Shown here: one piece after another, positions 11,255 to 24,151 of the stretch | Layout of the letters: every line of letters starts with the position of its first letter | Position numbering within the stretch: the stretch's first letter is position 1 | Assembly (NCBI GenBank): GCA_043228905.1 | Contig: JBHGNT010000016.1 | Coordinates: 9,300,001-9,364,000 of the forward strand | Reading direction: 5' to 3' | Length of the DNA: 64,000 bases | From: Azolla caroliniana | Lineage: Eukaryota > Plantae > Polypodiophyta | The notes under the pieces: model-generated | The model's database searches: none | What the model was told of the DNA's origin: nothing | Seen by the model: the letters and a program-made list of their open reading frames with translations, nothing else | Translations under genes and position numbers: made by a program

Positions 11255-14200
11255 CTTGTGTCATGCCTATTGGGCTCCGGATTGTTGCATGAGTCGGGTG
11301 GGAACCACTGAGGTTTTGGACTAGGAGAAAGAAGAATATGAGATAAGGCTCCTTATGAATGGATTGCAAGAAAGAGAAATATTTGAAGGAAGATATGAAA
11401 CTTCTGAATTCCACGAGTATAGTGTATTAATTGATACTTAGAATGTAAGAGAGAAATAGATGGAAAAAAATCGTGAATCCCCACGAATATATTAGATTGA
11501 TCAAATCCTTGTAAAATAATCAACAACCCCCCATACATCTTTCTCTCCTCCTTATATAAGGATGGATAAGGCTAAGCATAGCTTCATGCCTTTTCTAAAA
11601 GTGTTCATGCACACTAAATGTGCATGAGTTGCCTTTTTACACTATGCTTTTATTTGCTAAATATAGTGCTCATGCTCGTTAGATGTGCACGAGACATTTT
11701 TTATTGGTGTACATTTTTCTTATAAATAAAGTATGCACGCATTCTAAAAAAAATGTGTGACTTACCTTTTAATAAAGGTAGGCATAAATAAAGGTCTTAT
11801 ACGTATTAAATCTATTTTTAGAACACTTAGGATGAGTTAGTACAATGGTAAGGTTGGGGTTTGTCTATGTGTAGGTACATGGTTTGAATTTTGCCCTATG
11901 CATAAAATAAATATTTTTAATATTTTATTTTATTTATTATACGTACTTTAAATCGGATATAGTATTTTACATATTTCACGTAGTGTGTGATTCACACTAC
12001 GACAACGGTCTGCTAGTGACCCGTCATAGTTGGTTCCTGCTACTCCCTTTATTGCCTTCGCAACTTTATTTTAATGGGCCTTGCTGGCCTTTGCTGGTTT
12101 GTTGAGAGGCAAGCTCAACCGGATCCGAATCGGCTGAATAAGCCTGAGCCGGATCGGTGAGCCGATGAGTAAGTGAGACGGTGATTTGGGGAGCCAGTTA
12201 GCTGGATGAAGCAGTAAGCAGAAGCCAAGTAGCAGCTAGTCTACTAGGGAGTTAATATCTCGTAGTTAGTGTCGGATGCTCGTGTGAGCATTGAAGTACA
12301 TCGTACTTCTGTGAGTCCGTATGGACTTGTATAAAAGTGTGTTGAACACATACGATGTACAGACTGAGTAGTATTTTTGAAATAGAGTTTTTGTGTCCTC
12401 TCTCTCTCTATCTCTCCCGCATATTGTTAACCTCTCCATTAAACCTATTCTCTATTTTTTATTTTCTATTGCTTCCGCACGCTATTTGTTTCTACATGGT
12501 ATCATTGCGCGAGGGTTGAGAACCTCTGCAGCCAACATTCGCTTTCGCAAGAAGAAAACCTAACCTTTGTAAAGAACAGAATAAAAATAAAAACAAATGG
12601 ATAGAGGAATGGCTAGCTCGCTTCCGGTGGAGAAGCTCAATAGTTCCAACTACGCATCTTGGTCATACAAGGTGCACCATTACCTGCTTGGGCATAGTTA
12701 TTGGAGCTATGTCAACGGAGCTAACGACACAACACCTGATGCGGCACACAAGGACTTCCCGGTGTGGGAACAATCGGCAAGCAGAGTGATGTACTGCTTT
12801 GCATCCAGTGTCGGAGATCAACTGCTGAGCCACATCCGAGATGCCAAGACACCGAAAGAGGCTAGGGGAAACCTGAAGAAGGTGTTCGCCGCAAACAGTA
12901 TAGCGCGAAAGCTGCAACTCTGACAGGAGTTGAGCAATGTCCGACAGAAGGACATGTCGGTGGCTGATTACACGACCCGAATCAAAGAGATCTGTGACTC
13001 GCTTGCCTCTATCAACGTCACTATAGAGGAAGACGACATGGTATAGGTTTGTCTTGGGGGCCTGGCGTCTAAGTTCCGAGCTTTCCGGACAACAGTATGT
13101 ACGAGGGAGAATACACCGTCATTTTTCGACTTACAGTCGATGCTCCTTGTAGAGGAGAACCACGTTGGTGTGTCAACAAGTGCACCCACCGACAGCCGGA
13201 TGTTGTACACGGAGGTAGATCGGCCCTCTGCGCATGGTGGACAAGGCGGGTCGGCACGCAATGGAGGCGGCTGGCAAGGGCAAGACCGATGGCACAGAGA
13301 CCGTGCCGACAGCAATTCCGGGACCTCCACAACCAGGGGGAGTCAAGGCAGCACCAGAAGCTGGCAAGACAGATCCGCCATGGAATGCTGGTATTGTGGC
13401 AAAAAGGGCCATAGAGAAAGCAAGTGCTGGAAGAAGCGCGCCGATTTGGACATATTTGGATCCGGCAAAACCGGTAGGGAGAACCGGCAAAGCTCGCACT
13501 ACGCGCAAGGATCGAAAGGATTCAGAACCGGGAAGATTGGTAAGGGGCCAGCACGAGGCAAATTCGATGAAGAAGACCACTTCCAAATCGGAGGAAGTGT
13601 GGTATGTTGATTCCGGTGCATCAATTCGCATGAGGAACCACAAAGAGTGGTTCGCCTTCCTGGAGAAACTAGAACAACCGGGAGTTGTCGAAACTGGAGA
13701 CGACACTCCTCACCCAATCGTGCATGTCGGTGAAGTCCCTTTGAGCCACGTCGATGTCGTGAAGATATTCGGCAATAGTGTGAAAATCCCATAAAACGTA
13801 CGAAATCAAGTATGAATCACATAATACAATAATTGTGAAGATAACATTTTTAATATATAAGTACAAAATGATGGAGGTTTCGAATCCACTTTATTACACG
13901 AGAAATGGACAACTAAATGTCAAGATATGAGGGTATAAAGTTTGTGAAAAGAAAAGAGAAAATTGTGAGATATCCCACATAGGCACGACAAATACGGCTC
14001 TCATCATATATAAGGTGGAGGAAAAGATATTATCTTTGTGTCTATGTGTGGAGCATAGAGAGTTCAAGGTAACTTGAACTAAGAGTGGAGGTGGCTAGCT
14101 ACTCGTAAAGGGTTTTGGCCAACCAAAACCGGACCGGCGATGGAAACGGTGATCCGACGGCATCTGACGGCAATCCGGCGACGGCATTCGGCACCGGTAA

Positions 14201-14399
14201 CCGATGGTTTTTTATGAAAATTAAGAGGAAGAAATTCGTTATCAAATTAATCGTGTAATCTCAACTTCTCTCTTTCCCAATCTATCTTAAGTACTTTCTC
14301 GCCAAAGCTTGTATGGACTCTAAATCCTTCTGGTCCAGAACCCCAGCGGTTCCACCTCACGATCCGCGCGTAGTGACAGATCTTCACGACATAATTAAG

Positions 14400-14417
14400 T
14401 GGTGAACCCGATGTGAA
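14400..14417 (+). promoter_or_regulatory. Primer binding site, tRNA-Trp
   Basis: TGGTGAACCCGATGTGAA, 8 nt after the LTR end. Confidence 0.8.
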
Positions 14418-14458
14418 CGAGGCGGTAGGAAGGATCAAGTCGAGATTAATACTTGGAG

Positions 14459-16656
14459 ATGGCGTCCTCAAGCAACCAAGCGGGAGAGCTCGAAAGGATG
14501 ATGCTAATCGTCGAGCAAATGATGAGATCTCGGGACAACGATGCAAGCGTGGAGAAGGCTGTCGATCGTGTCGTAGAGCTCGAGGGCCAATTCGATGGAA
14601 GGAACGTTACGAAGTTCCTTGATTCATATAAGAGGGAGATGAATCAGAGGGACGTGTCCGAGGCACGTCAAATCGCAAGCTTCAAGAGAGTTGTCGCCAA
14701 CAACATCCAAAGACGCGTCATCGAGCTTCAAGAAGGTAAGACAACATGGTCCGAGTTCGAGAAAACGATACTAGCGGAGTTCGTGACTGAAGACTCAACG
14801 AGGATGACTCGACATGCCCTGATGAAGTGGATAGAGAAGAAGAATAAGAAGATGAGCGTCTCGAGGGTGTATGACGAATTCGACCAGATGTTTAGTCGTC
14901 TCCCCAATACGGACCAAGTGTTGCTTGAAGAGGACAAGACTTTGTACTTCTTGAAGGCCGTGGACATAAAGGATAGACGGGAGTTGGGGACTCTTCTCGA
15001 AGATGATACCCAAGCAAATAGGCTCGTAGCGGACTGGATCGCGGTGAAGCGGGCATGCAATAGGCTCGACAAGCGTCGCCAATGGGTTGATGACACCGAC
15101 TTGACGGGATCGACTACCACGGAGAAAGCAAGACCGCCGAAAGTAGCTGAGCCGCCAAGACAAAGTAACGTGGAAGAAAAGAAGATTGATGACGACATCA
15201 TTGAAGAGCTAGCGAAGAAGTTCGAAAAGGTCACTCTAGCCAACATGAATCGTCGGGGCCCTAAAGGAAAAGAACCCTTTAGATGCGTGTGGTGCGATAG
15301 CATGGACCACATGAGAAGGGATTGTGCGAACCTTCGAGAGGCGATTCGACAAAATATCGTATACATAGAGGACAACATGATCTGCTCAAGCGAGACTAGA
15401 AGACCCCTAAGGGTGAATTTCGGAAGAGGAGGAATGAAGAGATCTATGGAGGATGCCGATGCGACTCATGTGGATGCGATGCACTATGCTGCGTCGGCCG
15501 GAATAAGAGTCGGGAAAGACAAGACTGAAGCTGCTAGAGCGGGAGCAAAGTTTTGGACTTCCGTTCTCGAATATGAGAAGAAGGGAAAAATCACATCGAA
15601 CGAGGTAGAGCTTGCGGACCAAAGCGTGCAAAGCATAACCGGGTGGTCGGATCCGGTGGACGACAACACCATACTCGCAGAGGTGATGTGCAACAACCAC
15701 GAGGTGTTCGTCGAAGAAAAGAGAAAGAGAATAGAAGAGCAAGGCCCATCAAAAAGACATGAAACAAGGAACGCGAAAAAGAAGGACGATACGGAGACGA
15801 GTCGACCTTTACAAACGGAGGAACGAGAATCAAGCCGAAAAGGGGAGCCAAGCATACGAGTTGAAGAAACGGTTCGGCCTGTGAAGGTTGGTGTCGAAGA
15901 CCCCGCTCGGAGGACAAGGACCATACCTACCTATAAGCTAAGGTCGGACATAGAGCAGACGACGGACCTAAAGAAGATTCTCGAAGAACGAGTTCTTGAT
16001 AGCCACGTAACTTTGTCCTTGAGGGAATTGCTTGGCATTACGAAGAAGGAGTTCCATGACACGATCGTGGACCTTGTAAAGAGAAAGAGACAACAATCGG
16101 ACGAGGAAGAAGAGAAGCCGCAAAAAGCAAAAACGAATGCCATAACAATGGCAAGAGACGAAATTGATGAAGATATGGTGGACAACCACTACACTCGACC
16201 TCATTGGGCACGATGGACAACGGAGACGCCGGTGAAGATCGGGGAGAAGAAAGAGACCGTGGTAGCCTTGATCGACCACGGCTCGGAGATCAACCTCATG
16301 TCAACCGACTTCTACAAAAAGGGAAGATGGCCAATCAATACAAACCACGGATGGAAGATTCGCGCGGCAACAAAGTCACGGAGGACTTGTACGGAGCTTG
16401 TCCCAATGTCAAAGTCACGATCGGGGATGTGGAGATGGATCAACACTTCTTCGTACAAGAATCAGTGTCGCATCCTATCATCCTAGGGAAACCTTATATC
16501 ACATCATCTCGGATGGAGACCAAAGTGTTCGATAATGGAGCAGTCTTCGCATGAATAAAGAGTCTTGACAACCAAAGATCGGTCCAATTCCTAACAGTGC
16601 GAGCCAATCATGAAAGGAATCGAGATAGTCTCGGAGGCGAATCCTCGGATTTTTAG
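14459..16656 (+). pseudogene. gag: gag-protease ORF (frameshift ~16370, stop 16552)
   Basis: 677-aa ORF with CVWCDSMDHMRRDC knuckle and LIDHGSEIN protease; protease C-half (IILGKPY) is in the shifted frame and ends ..SSDF*. Confidence 0.85.
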
Positions 16657-18620
16657 AGCGGACTATTGAAGCATGGGGCACAAATAGTCCGAGCAATCAC
16701 AAGACCCCACAAGAAAGAAGAGCGTGTGGATTGCAAGGAGAAGCAACATGTGTCACACCTAGTGGCGCATGTAAACTAGTACTACCCGACAAGAAGCACA
16801 AGAGCCGGATACAAGAATTCGAGAAGATGCTGAAAGAAGAGAACATAATAGAAGAAGGGGAGTTCGTGACTCATATTATGGAAGAAGCCTCATTTAACGA
16901 CACCATCGGCGAAATCGAGGACGTCGTGGACTTGAGCTATCTTCACAACCAACGCGTGATTTAGGTTAAGTCCGTCAACATGTATGCTATCATCGATGAA
17001 TACCGTCGTGGCATCTCGATGAAGGAAGCTGACATCAACACGAAATATAAAACGGTGGATAAGAAGATCAAGCTAGTTGCGGTTCCGCTACCGGAAGATA
17101 ACTGGCAAAAGATGAAGGAAGTCGCTAACAATCCAAGCTGAGATCCGAAGAAGATAGGTCATGACTTCACCAAAGAGACGAAGGGGAAGCTACGAGTTGG
17201 AAAGGAGGATTTCCTTCTCCCTGAAGAGGAGCGAATGTTTCACGATATGCTTGAGAGACATGGGAAGGCTTTCGCATTCTTCCCACGAGAAATCGGATGC
17301 GCCGACCCAAAGGTTATAGAGCCAATGGTGATCTTCACAGTGCCTCATGTGCCTTGGAATTTGAAACCGATACCGGTTCCGAGAGCACACCTTCCGAAGT
17401 TGATCGAGCTTTTAAAGGAGAAGGTGAGTATGGGAATTCTAGAACCGTCGAATGCTCCTTATTCCAATAGGTGGTTCACAGTGCCGAAGAAGAATGGATC
17501 ATTGCGATTCATCGAAGATCTTCAACCCGTCAACAAGGTGACAATTCGAAATGCCGGAATCGGTCCGAGCGTGGACGAATTTGCCGAAGCGTTTGCGGGC
17601 CGGTCCATGTACTCCATTGGCGATCTCTACTCCGGATATGACCAATTCCAATTGGCGATCGACAGTCGGGACATTACAACCATGAGGACTCCGATCGGGC
17701 TTGTGCGGATGTGTACCTTACCCCAAGGCGCAACGAACTCGGTGGCTCATATGGTGAATGCCATGAATAAAGTCTTGAAGGATTGCATTCCGGACATCAC
17801 GATGCCATTCTTGGATGATATTCCGATAAAAGGATGTTCGGATGAGGAGAAAGATGAATCGAAAGATAAGGAAGGTTGTAGAAAGTTCGTTGCGGATCAT
17901 ATGAAAGATTGCGAGAAGGTGCTTCAAAGGCTCGAAGATGCGAATTTGACATTTTCGGGAGAAAAATCCGCATTCGGGCAACCGGAGATCTTGGTGGTAG
18001 GTCACTTGTGTGGAGCATACGGCCGGAAGCCCTCGCCATCCAAAGTGAACGCAATCCAAGACATGAAAGAAGAATGCGAAAACCAAACGGAGGTTCGAAG
18101 GTTCCTTGGAGCGTGCGCGTTTTATCATATATGGATTCCTCACTACGCTCATGTCGCCGAACCGTTATATGGACTACTAAAGAAAAGAATAAAGTTCGAA
18201 TCGCGAGACGAGCACACAGAGGCGATGCGAAGATTAAAGAGACTGCTTCTTGAAGCTCCGACACTAAGGAAGGCCGAATATGCCGAAGGGAAACCAATTT
18301 ACGTGACCATAGATACGAGCCCAACCGGAATCGGGTGGGTCATCAATCAAGAGGGTGAAGATAATGCGCGATATGCCGTCCGGTTCGGAGCAAAGGTTCT
18401 CAGCGAACGGCAACAAAGATATGCCCAAGTCAAGCGGGAACTTTGGGGTATTGTGTCGGCAGTGAAGACGGACAAAGATTACCTGATCGGGTCAAAAGTG
18501 ATAATAGAGACAGATTGTCTCCCAATTCTCGGAATGGTCTCGGGATGTGCGACCCCAGATCTTGCTATGCTAAATTGGACCGCCTACATCAAGTCTTTAA
18601 ACCCAGAGATCCGTCACATC
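16647..18620 (+). pseudogene. pol: pol 5' part (RT, RNase H) of Trp Gypsy, interrupted by Copia C
   Basis: LPQGATNSVA, PFLDDIPIKG, TIDTSPTGIG. The frame is -1 relative to gag-PR. Confidence 0.9.
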
Positions 18621-21600
18621 TGTTGGGATTTTCGGTCCCTCCGGATGGGATGTCCGGAGATGAATGACGGCAAGCCCGGTTGCGGTTACGGAACCGGAGG
18701 ATGAAGAGTACCCGGCATGAAGCCGGATGAAGAGTACCCGGCTACGGAGTCGGATGATGTAGACCCCGGCTACGGAGCCGGATGATGAAGACCCCGGCTA
18801 CGGAGCCGGATGATGAAGACCCGGCTACGGAGCCGGATGATGAATGTACCCGGAGAGAGATCCGGATGCGGGGACATATTTGTGAATATGTTTTGCCAAG
18901 GGCCCTGGAGGCTATATTTGTAAATAGCCCTAAAGTCATATGTGTATAAATATGACTTAGGGCAAACAGTTTTATGTCGCTACTCATTTTTTCTGTTTTT
19001 CCACTCTAGAGGAGTGAAGAGAGAGCAGCCGTGAGAGAGATAGAGCGTGAGAGAGGAAGAGGTCGACGCCTCTGTGTAATACCGCCGCCTGTGGCGAGGA
19101 CAGCGAGCTCAAGGTCGTCGCCTTGCAGCTCGCCATTGTATATTTCTCTGTGCATAGTTTTGGTTTGGAGTCTTGCACTCCCGTGGTTTTTCCCGTATAG
19201 GGTTTTCCACGTTAATCCCTGTGTTATCGTGTCTTTCTCTGTGTTTCCTATTTTCTGCTGCATTGATTCGTGATTTCTCGGTTGTGGACGAACGGTGAAG
19301 GTGAATCGGAGCGTGGATTCGTAACAAGTGGTATCAGAGCGACGGCAGTGCAGAAAATGGAAGGCGGCAGCAGCGGGCAGCCGGGGATGATGGTGCTGAA
19401 TGCGCAGAACTACGCCGACTGGAAGATCAAGATGGAGGATCTTCTGATTGTTCGGGACCTGTACGAACCGATTGACAGGTCGGAAATACCGAAGGGGGTA
19501 CTTGAGACGGAATGGAGGCTTCTGAACCGGAAAGCCGTTGCAACCATTCGGCAATACGTCGACGTGAGCGTTCTACAACATGTGGCGAACGACACCAACG
19601 CATACGAGATGTGGCGGAAGCTGTCGGGCCTCTACGAGAGGAAGAATGCGTTGAACCGGACCTCCCTGATGAGGAAGATAGTGAACCTCAAGTACCGGGA
19701 CGGCGAGAGTATGGTGGAACACGTAAGCACGTTCATGGGATTCGTGAACCAGCTTGCGGCGATCAAGTTCCCGCTGGAGGATGCAATGCAAGCCATCATT
19801 CTGATGTGTACATTGCCGGAAAGCTGGGAGAACTTGGTGGTGACTCTCAGCACCTCCTGCACCGAAGATAACTTGTCTCTACAAACGGTAAAGACAAGTA
19901 TTTTGAACGAAGAAGCGCGTCGGAGAGATAAAGAACCGGCCTCCGACCCGAAGGCGCTGCTTACCGAATCGGATCGGGGAAGACAATGGAACCGGAGTCC
20001 GCAAAGACGGGAGAAGTCGGGGACCCGGTCGCAGTCAAGAGGAAGACCCACATGCTTCCACTGTGGGAAGCCGGGGCACTTCCGGAAGAATTGTCAGCAT
20101 TACCGAAAAGACAACGGAGCCGACGACACCGATTCGAAGAAGTCACCGGAGCGAAACGGTGCATACCGGGGATCCACGGACCGGAGAGGTCCGGATCGGC
20201 GAGGGCAGGACCGGAAAGGAATGACGGCACTCGCGGCAAGTGAAGAAGAGATAATGCTCATTACCGAAGAGAGGGAGCTAAATCTTGCCGGTGTAGAGAT
20301 GACCTGGGTGGTCGATTCCGGAGCATCGTTCCACCTGACCCCGGAGGAGAAATACTTCTCATCATACACAGCCGGTGAGCACGGCTGTGTCCGGATGGGA
20401 AATGAAGGTACGTGCCGGATTGCCGGCATAGGAGACGTGTGGTTGACAACCTCGACCGGATGCAAAATGCTGCTGAAGGATGTTCGACACGTTCCGGAGG
20501 TTCGATTGAACCTGATTTCGGCCGGGAGGCTAGACGATGAAGGCTACACGGGTAGCATCCGGAACGGTGTCATGAAGTTCAGCAAAGGGAGCCTGATAGT
20601 GGCTCGGGCCCAGAAAGTCAACACACTGTACCTTATGAATGCCCGGTTGTGTCCGGAAGAGTTGAACGTGGCAGCCGACACTGCCGGTGAGCTGTGGCAC
20701 AAGAGACTGTGCCACATGAGTGAGAAGGGGATGAAGAGGCTTGCAGAAGACAACCTTATCCCAATGAAGCATGTGCATCTGGAGAAGTGCACCGATTGCC
20801 TGGCCGGTAAGCAGAACCGAACCTCCTTCCACTCAAGGCCACAGACGAGACGTAGCGCACCATTGGAGTTGGTGCACACTGATGTGTGTCAGGTAGAAAC
20901 GAAGTCACATGGCGGAGCCCAGTACTTCGTAACATTCATAGATGATCATAGCCGGAAGCTGTGGACGGCACCGTTGAAGACAAAGGACCAAGTATTGTCC
21001 GTCTTCAAAGAACTCCACGCGAGAGTGGAAAGGGAATCCGGCAAGGAGCTGAAAGCGATACGAGCGGATAACGGAGGGGAATACCGGGGGCAGTTCGAGG
21101 AGTACTGTCGCTCGAAGGGAATCCGGCTCGAGTTTACTGTGCCGAAGACGCCGGAACTGAACGGGCTGGCCGAGAGGATGAACCGGACCATAATGGAGAG
21201 GGTCCGGAGTATGCTGGCGCATGCGAAATTACCCAAGGGGTTTTGGGCTGAGGCAATGTCGACGGCGACATACGTGATAAACAGATCACCCTCAGTACCT
21301 TTGGATGGAGACACGCCGCAGAGAGTGTGGACCGGTAGGGAAGTATCCTACCGGCATCTGAAGGTGTTCGGGTGTCTCGCATATGTGCATGTGGCAAAGG
21401 ACCGGAGAGGAAAGCTAGATCCAAAGACCCGGCCATGCATATTCCTCGGTTACGGCAACGACGAGTTCGGCTACCGAGTATGGGACCCGGTCGACAAGAA
21501 GATATTCAGGAGTCGTGATATCATCTTCATGGAGGACAAGACACTCGCCGACTGGGAGTCGGAGAAGAAGATGAAGAGCTCAAAGTCGACCGGTGAGAAT

Positions 21601-24146
21601 CAACTCTACGAAGAGCAGTCCCGACCGGCAAGGGACCGGTTAGCACTCGAGGATCCGGCCGAAGACGGTGAAGAAACAGAACCGGCCGAGGAAGATGAAA
21701 CTGATACCGGAACCGGCCCCGATCCCGAAATGGATTCGGATGAAGAGGAAACGGAGGAGCCGGTTACCGAAGCCCCGGAACGGAGATACCCTCTAAGAGA
21801 GAGAAGGGCCCCCCGGAGATTTCCGGAACCAGAGCACGTGCTGCTAACCGACGAGGGGGAGCCGGAGAATTTTGAAGAAGCAGAGCTTGACACACATAGC
21901 CGCAGGTGGTTAAGTGCCATGCAGGAGGAGATGGATTCCCTGCATGAGAACCACACATATGAACTTGTGGAGTTGCCGAAAGGAAAGCGGGCACTTCGAA
22001 ACAAGTGGGTGTTCAAGCTGAAACTGGGAGATGCCGGAAACCCCCTGAGATACAAAGCCAAGATCGTGGTGAAGGGGTTCCAACAGAAGAAGGGCGTCGA
22101 CTTCGACGAGATATTTGCCCCGGTAGTGAAGATGACCTCCATCCGGACGGTGCTGAGCATAGCGGCAAGCATGGACCTCGAGGTAGAATAGATGGACGTG
22201 AAGACAGCATTCCTTCACGGTGACCTCGAAGAAGAGATCTACATGCAGCAACCGGAAGGATTCGAGAAGAAAGGAAAGGAGCACCTGGTATGCCGGTTGA
22301 AGAAGAGCCTCTACGGTCTGAAGCAGGCTCCCCGGCAATGGTACCGGAAGTTCGACTCCTTCATGACAGACGAAGGGTACCACAAAACGCAGACCGATCA
22401 CTGCGTGTTTGTGAAGAAGTTCGAAGGAGGAGACTTTCTAATACTCCTCCTGTACGTGGACGACATGTTGATCGTCGGACGAGACCAGGTCAAGATACGG
22501 ATGCTGAAGAAGGCTCTTCACCGAACCTTCTCAATGAAGGACCTGGGTCCGGCGAGGCAAATACTAGGGATGCACATCATCCGGGACCGGAAGAAGAAGC
22601 AGTTGTGGTTGTCACAGGAGAAGTACGTGACAAAGGTGCTTCACCGGTTCAACATGTCGGAAGCAAGACCGGTCGGGTCAACACTCCCGGCAAACTGCAA
22701 GCTGTCCAGGAAGCAAAGCCCCAAGACAAAGGCTGAGAAGGAGGTCATGATGAAAGTACCATATGCCTCTGCCATCGGGAGCTTGATGTACGCAATGGTG
22801 TGTACCCGACCGGACATAGGATATGCAGTCGGAGTGGTGAGCCGGTACATGAGCAATCCCGGCAAAGAGCACTGGAACGCGGTCAAATGGATACTCCGAT
22901 ACCTAAAGGGCACTTCGAACATGTGCCTCCGATTCGGCTCCGGTAAGCCCGAACTCGATGGATTTACCGATTCGGACATGTCGGCTGATGCGGATACCAG
23001 CCGGTCCACATCAGGGTATGTGATGACGTATGCAAGGGGAGCTGTTTCGTGGCAGTCGAGGCTGCAGAAGACGGTTGCGTTGTCAACCACGGAGGCGGAG
23101 TACATGGCGGCTGTTGAAGCCGGCAAGGAAATAATATGGATGAAGGAATTCATTAGAGAGCTCGGTATCCGGCAGGAGGAGTACCGGCTCTACTGCGATA
23201 GTCAGAGTGCCATCCACCTTGCGAAGAATGCGGCCTACCATTCCCGGACGAAACACATCCAGCGTAGATACCACTGGATCCGGGAAAGGATAGAAGACAA
23301 GGAGTTCGTGCTGACGAAGATCCACACGGACGAGAACGGGTCGGATATGCTGACCAAGGTGCTCACACCCGACAAGCTGGAAGCATGCCGGAAGAGGATC
23401 GGATTGGAGAGACATCCCATGCCGAAGTGAAGGGGGAGTTTGTTGGGATTTTCGGTCCCTCCGGATGGGATGTCCGGAGATGAATGACGGCAAGCCCGGT
23501 TGCGGTTACGGAACCGGAGGATAAAGAGTACCCGGCATGAAGCCGGATGAAGAGTACCCGGCTACGGAGTCGGATGATGTAGACCCCGGCTACGGAGCCG
23601 GATGATGAAGACCCCGGCTACGGAGCCGGATGATGAAGACCCGGCTACGGAGCCGGATGATGAATGTACCCGGAGAGAGATCCGGATGCGGGGACATATT
23701 TGTGAATATGTTTTGCCAAGGGCCCTGGAGGCTATATTTGTAAATAGCCCTAAAGTCATATGTGTATAAATATGACTTAGGGCAAACAATTTTATGTCGC
23801 TACTCATTTTTTCTGTTTTTCCACTCTAGAGGAGTGAAGAGAGAGCAGCCGTGAGAGAGATAGAGCGTGAGAGAGGAAGAGGTCGACGCCTCTGTGTAAT
23901 ACTGCCGCCTGTGGCGAGGACAGCGAGCTCAAGGTCGTCGCCTTGCAGCTCCCCATTGTATATTTCTCTGTGCATAGTTTTGGTTTGGAGTCTTGCACTC
24001 CCGTGGTTTTTCCCGTATAGGGTTTTCCACATTAATCCCTGTGTTATCGTGTCTTTCTCTGTGTTTCCTATTTTCTGCTGCATTGATTCGTGATTTCTCG
24101 GTTGTGGCCGAACGGTGAAGGTGAATCGGAGCGTGGATTCGTAACA
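18621..24146 (+). mobile_element. Ty1/Copia element C (Tnt1/Tork-like), near intact
   Basis: 706-bp LTRs 18621-19326 and 23441-24146 (about 6 mismatches by eye), TSD ACATC, PBS TGGTATCAGAGC 19329-19340, PPT AAGTGAAGGGGGAG. Confidence 0.97.
19357..23430 (+). pseudogene. gag-pol: Copia gag-pol with a single in-frame TAG (22189-22191)
   Basis: 973-aa and 412-aa ORFs in one frame with CCHC, DSGAS, integrase, YVDD and RNase H motifs. Confidence 0.95.
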
Positions 24147-24151
24147 ACATC

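Larger units (their letters stand above)
9417..12004 (-). mobile_element. Internally deleted tRNA-Trp-primed Gypsy element
   Basis: Full LTR 11259-12004 (TGTC..GACA), partial LTR copy ~9417-10089, PBS TGGTGAACCCGACGTGAA, gag homologous to the 14459 ORF. No TSD found. Confidence 0.85.

Noticed and set aside
18700-18850. Hammerhead ribozyme in GGATGA repeats
   Set aside because: The core CUGANGA and a properly placed GAAA are absent.
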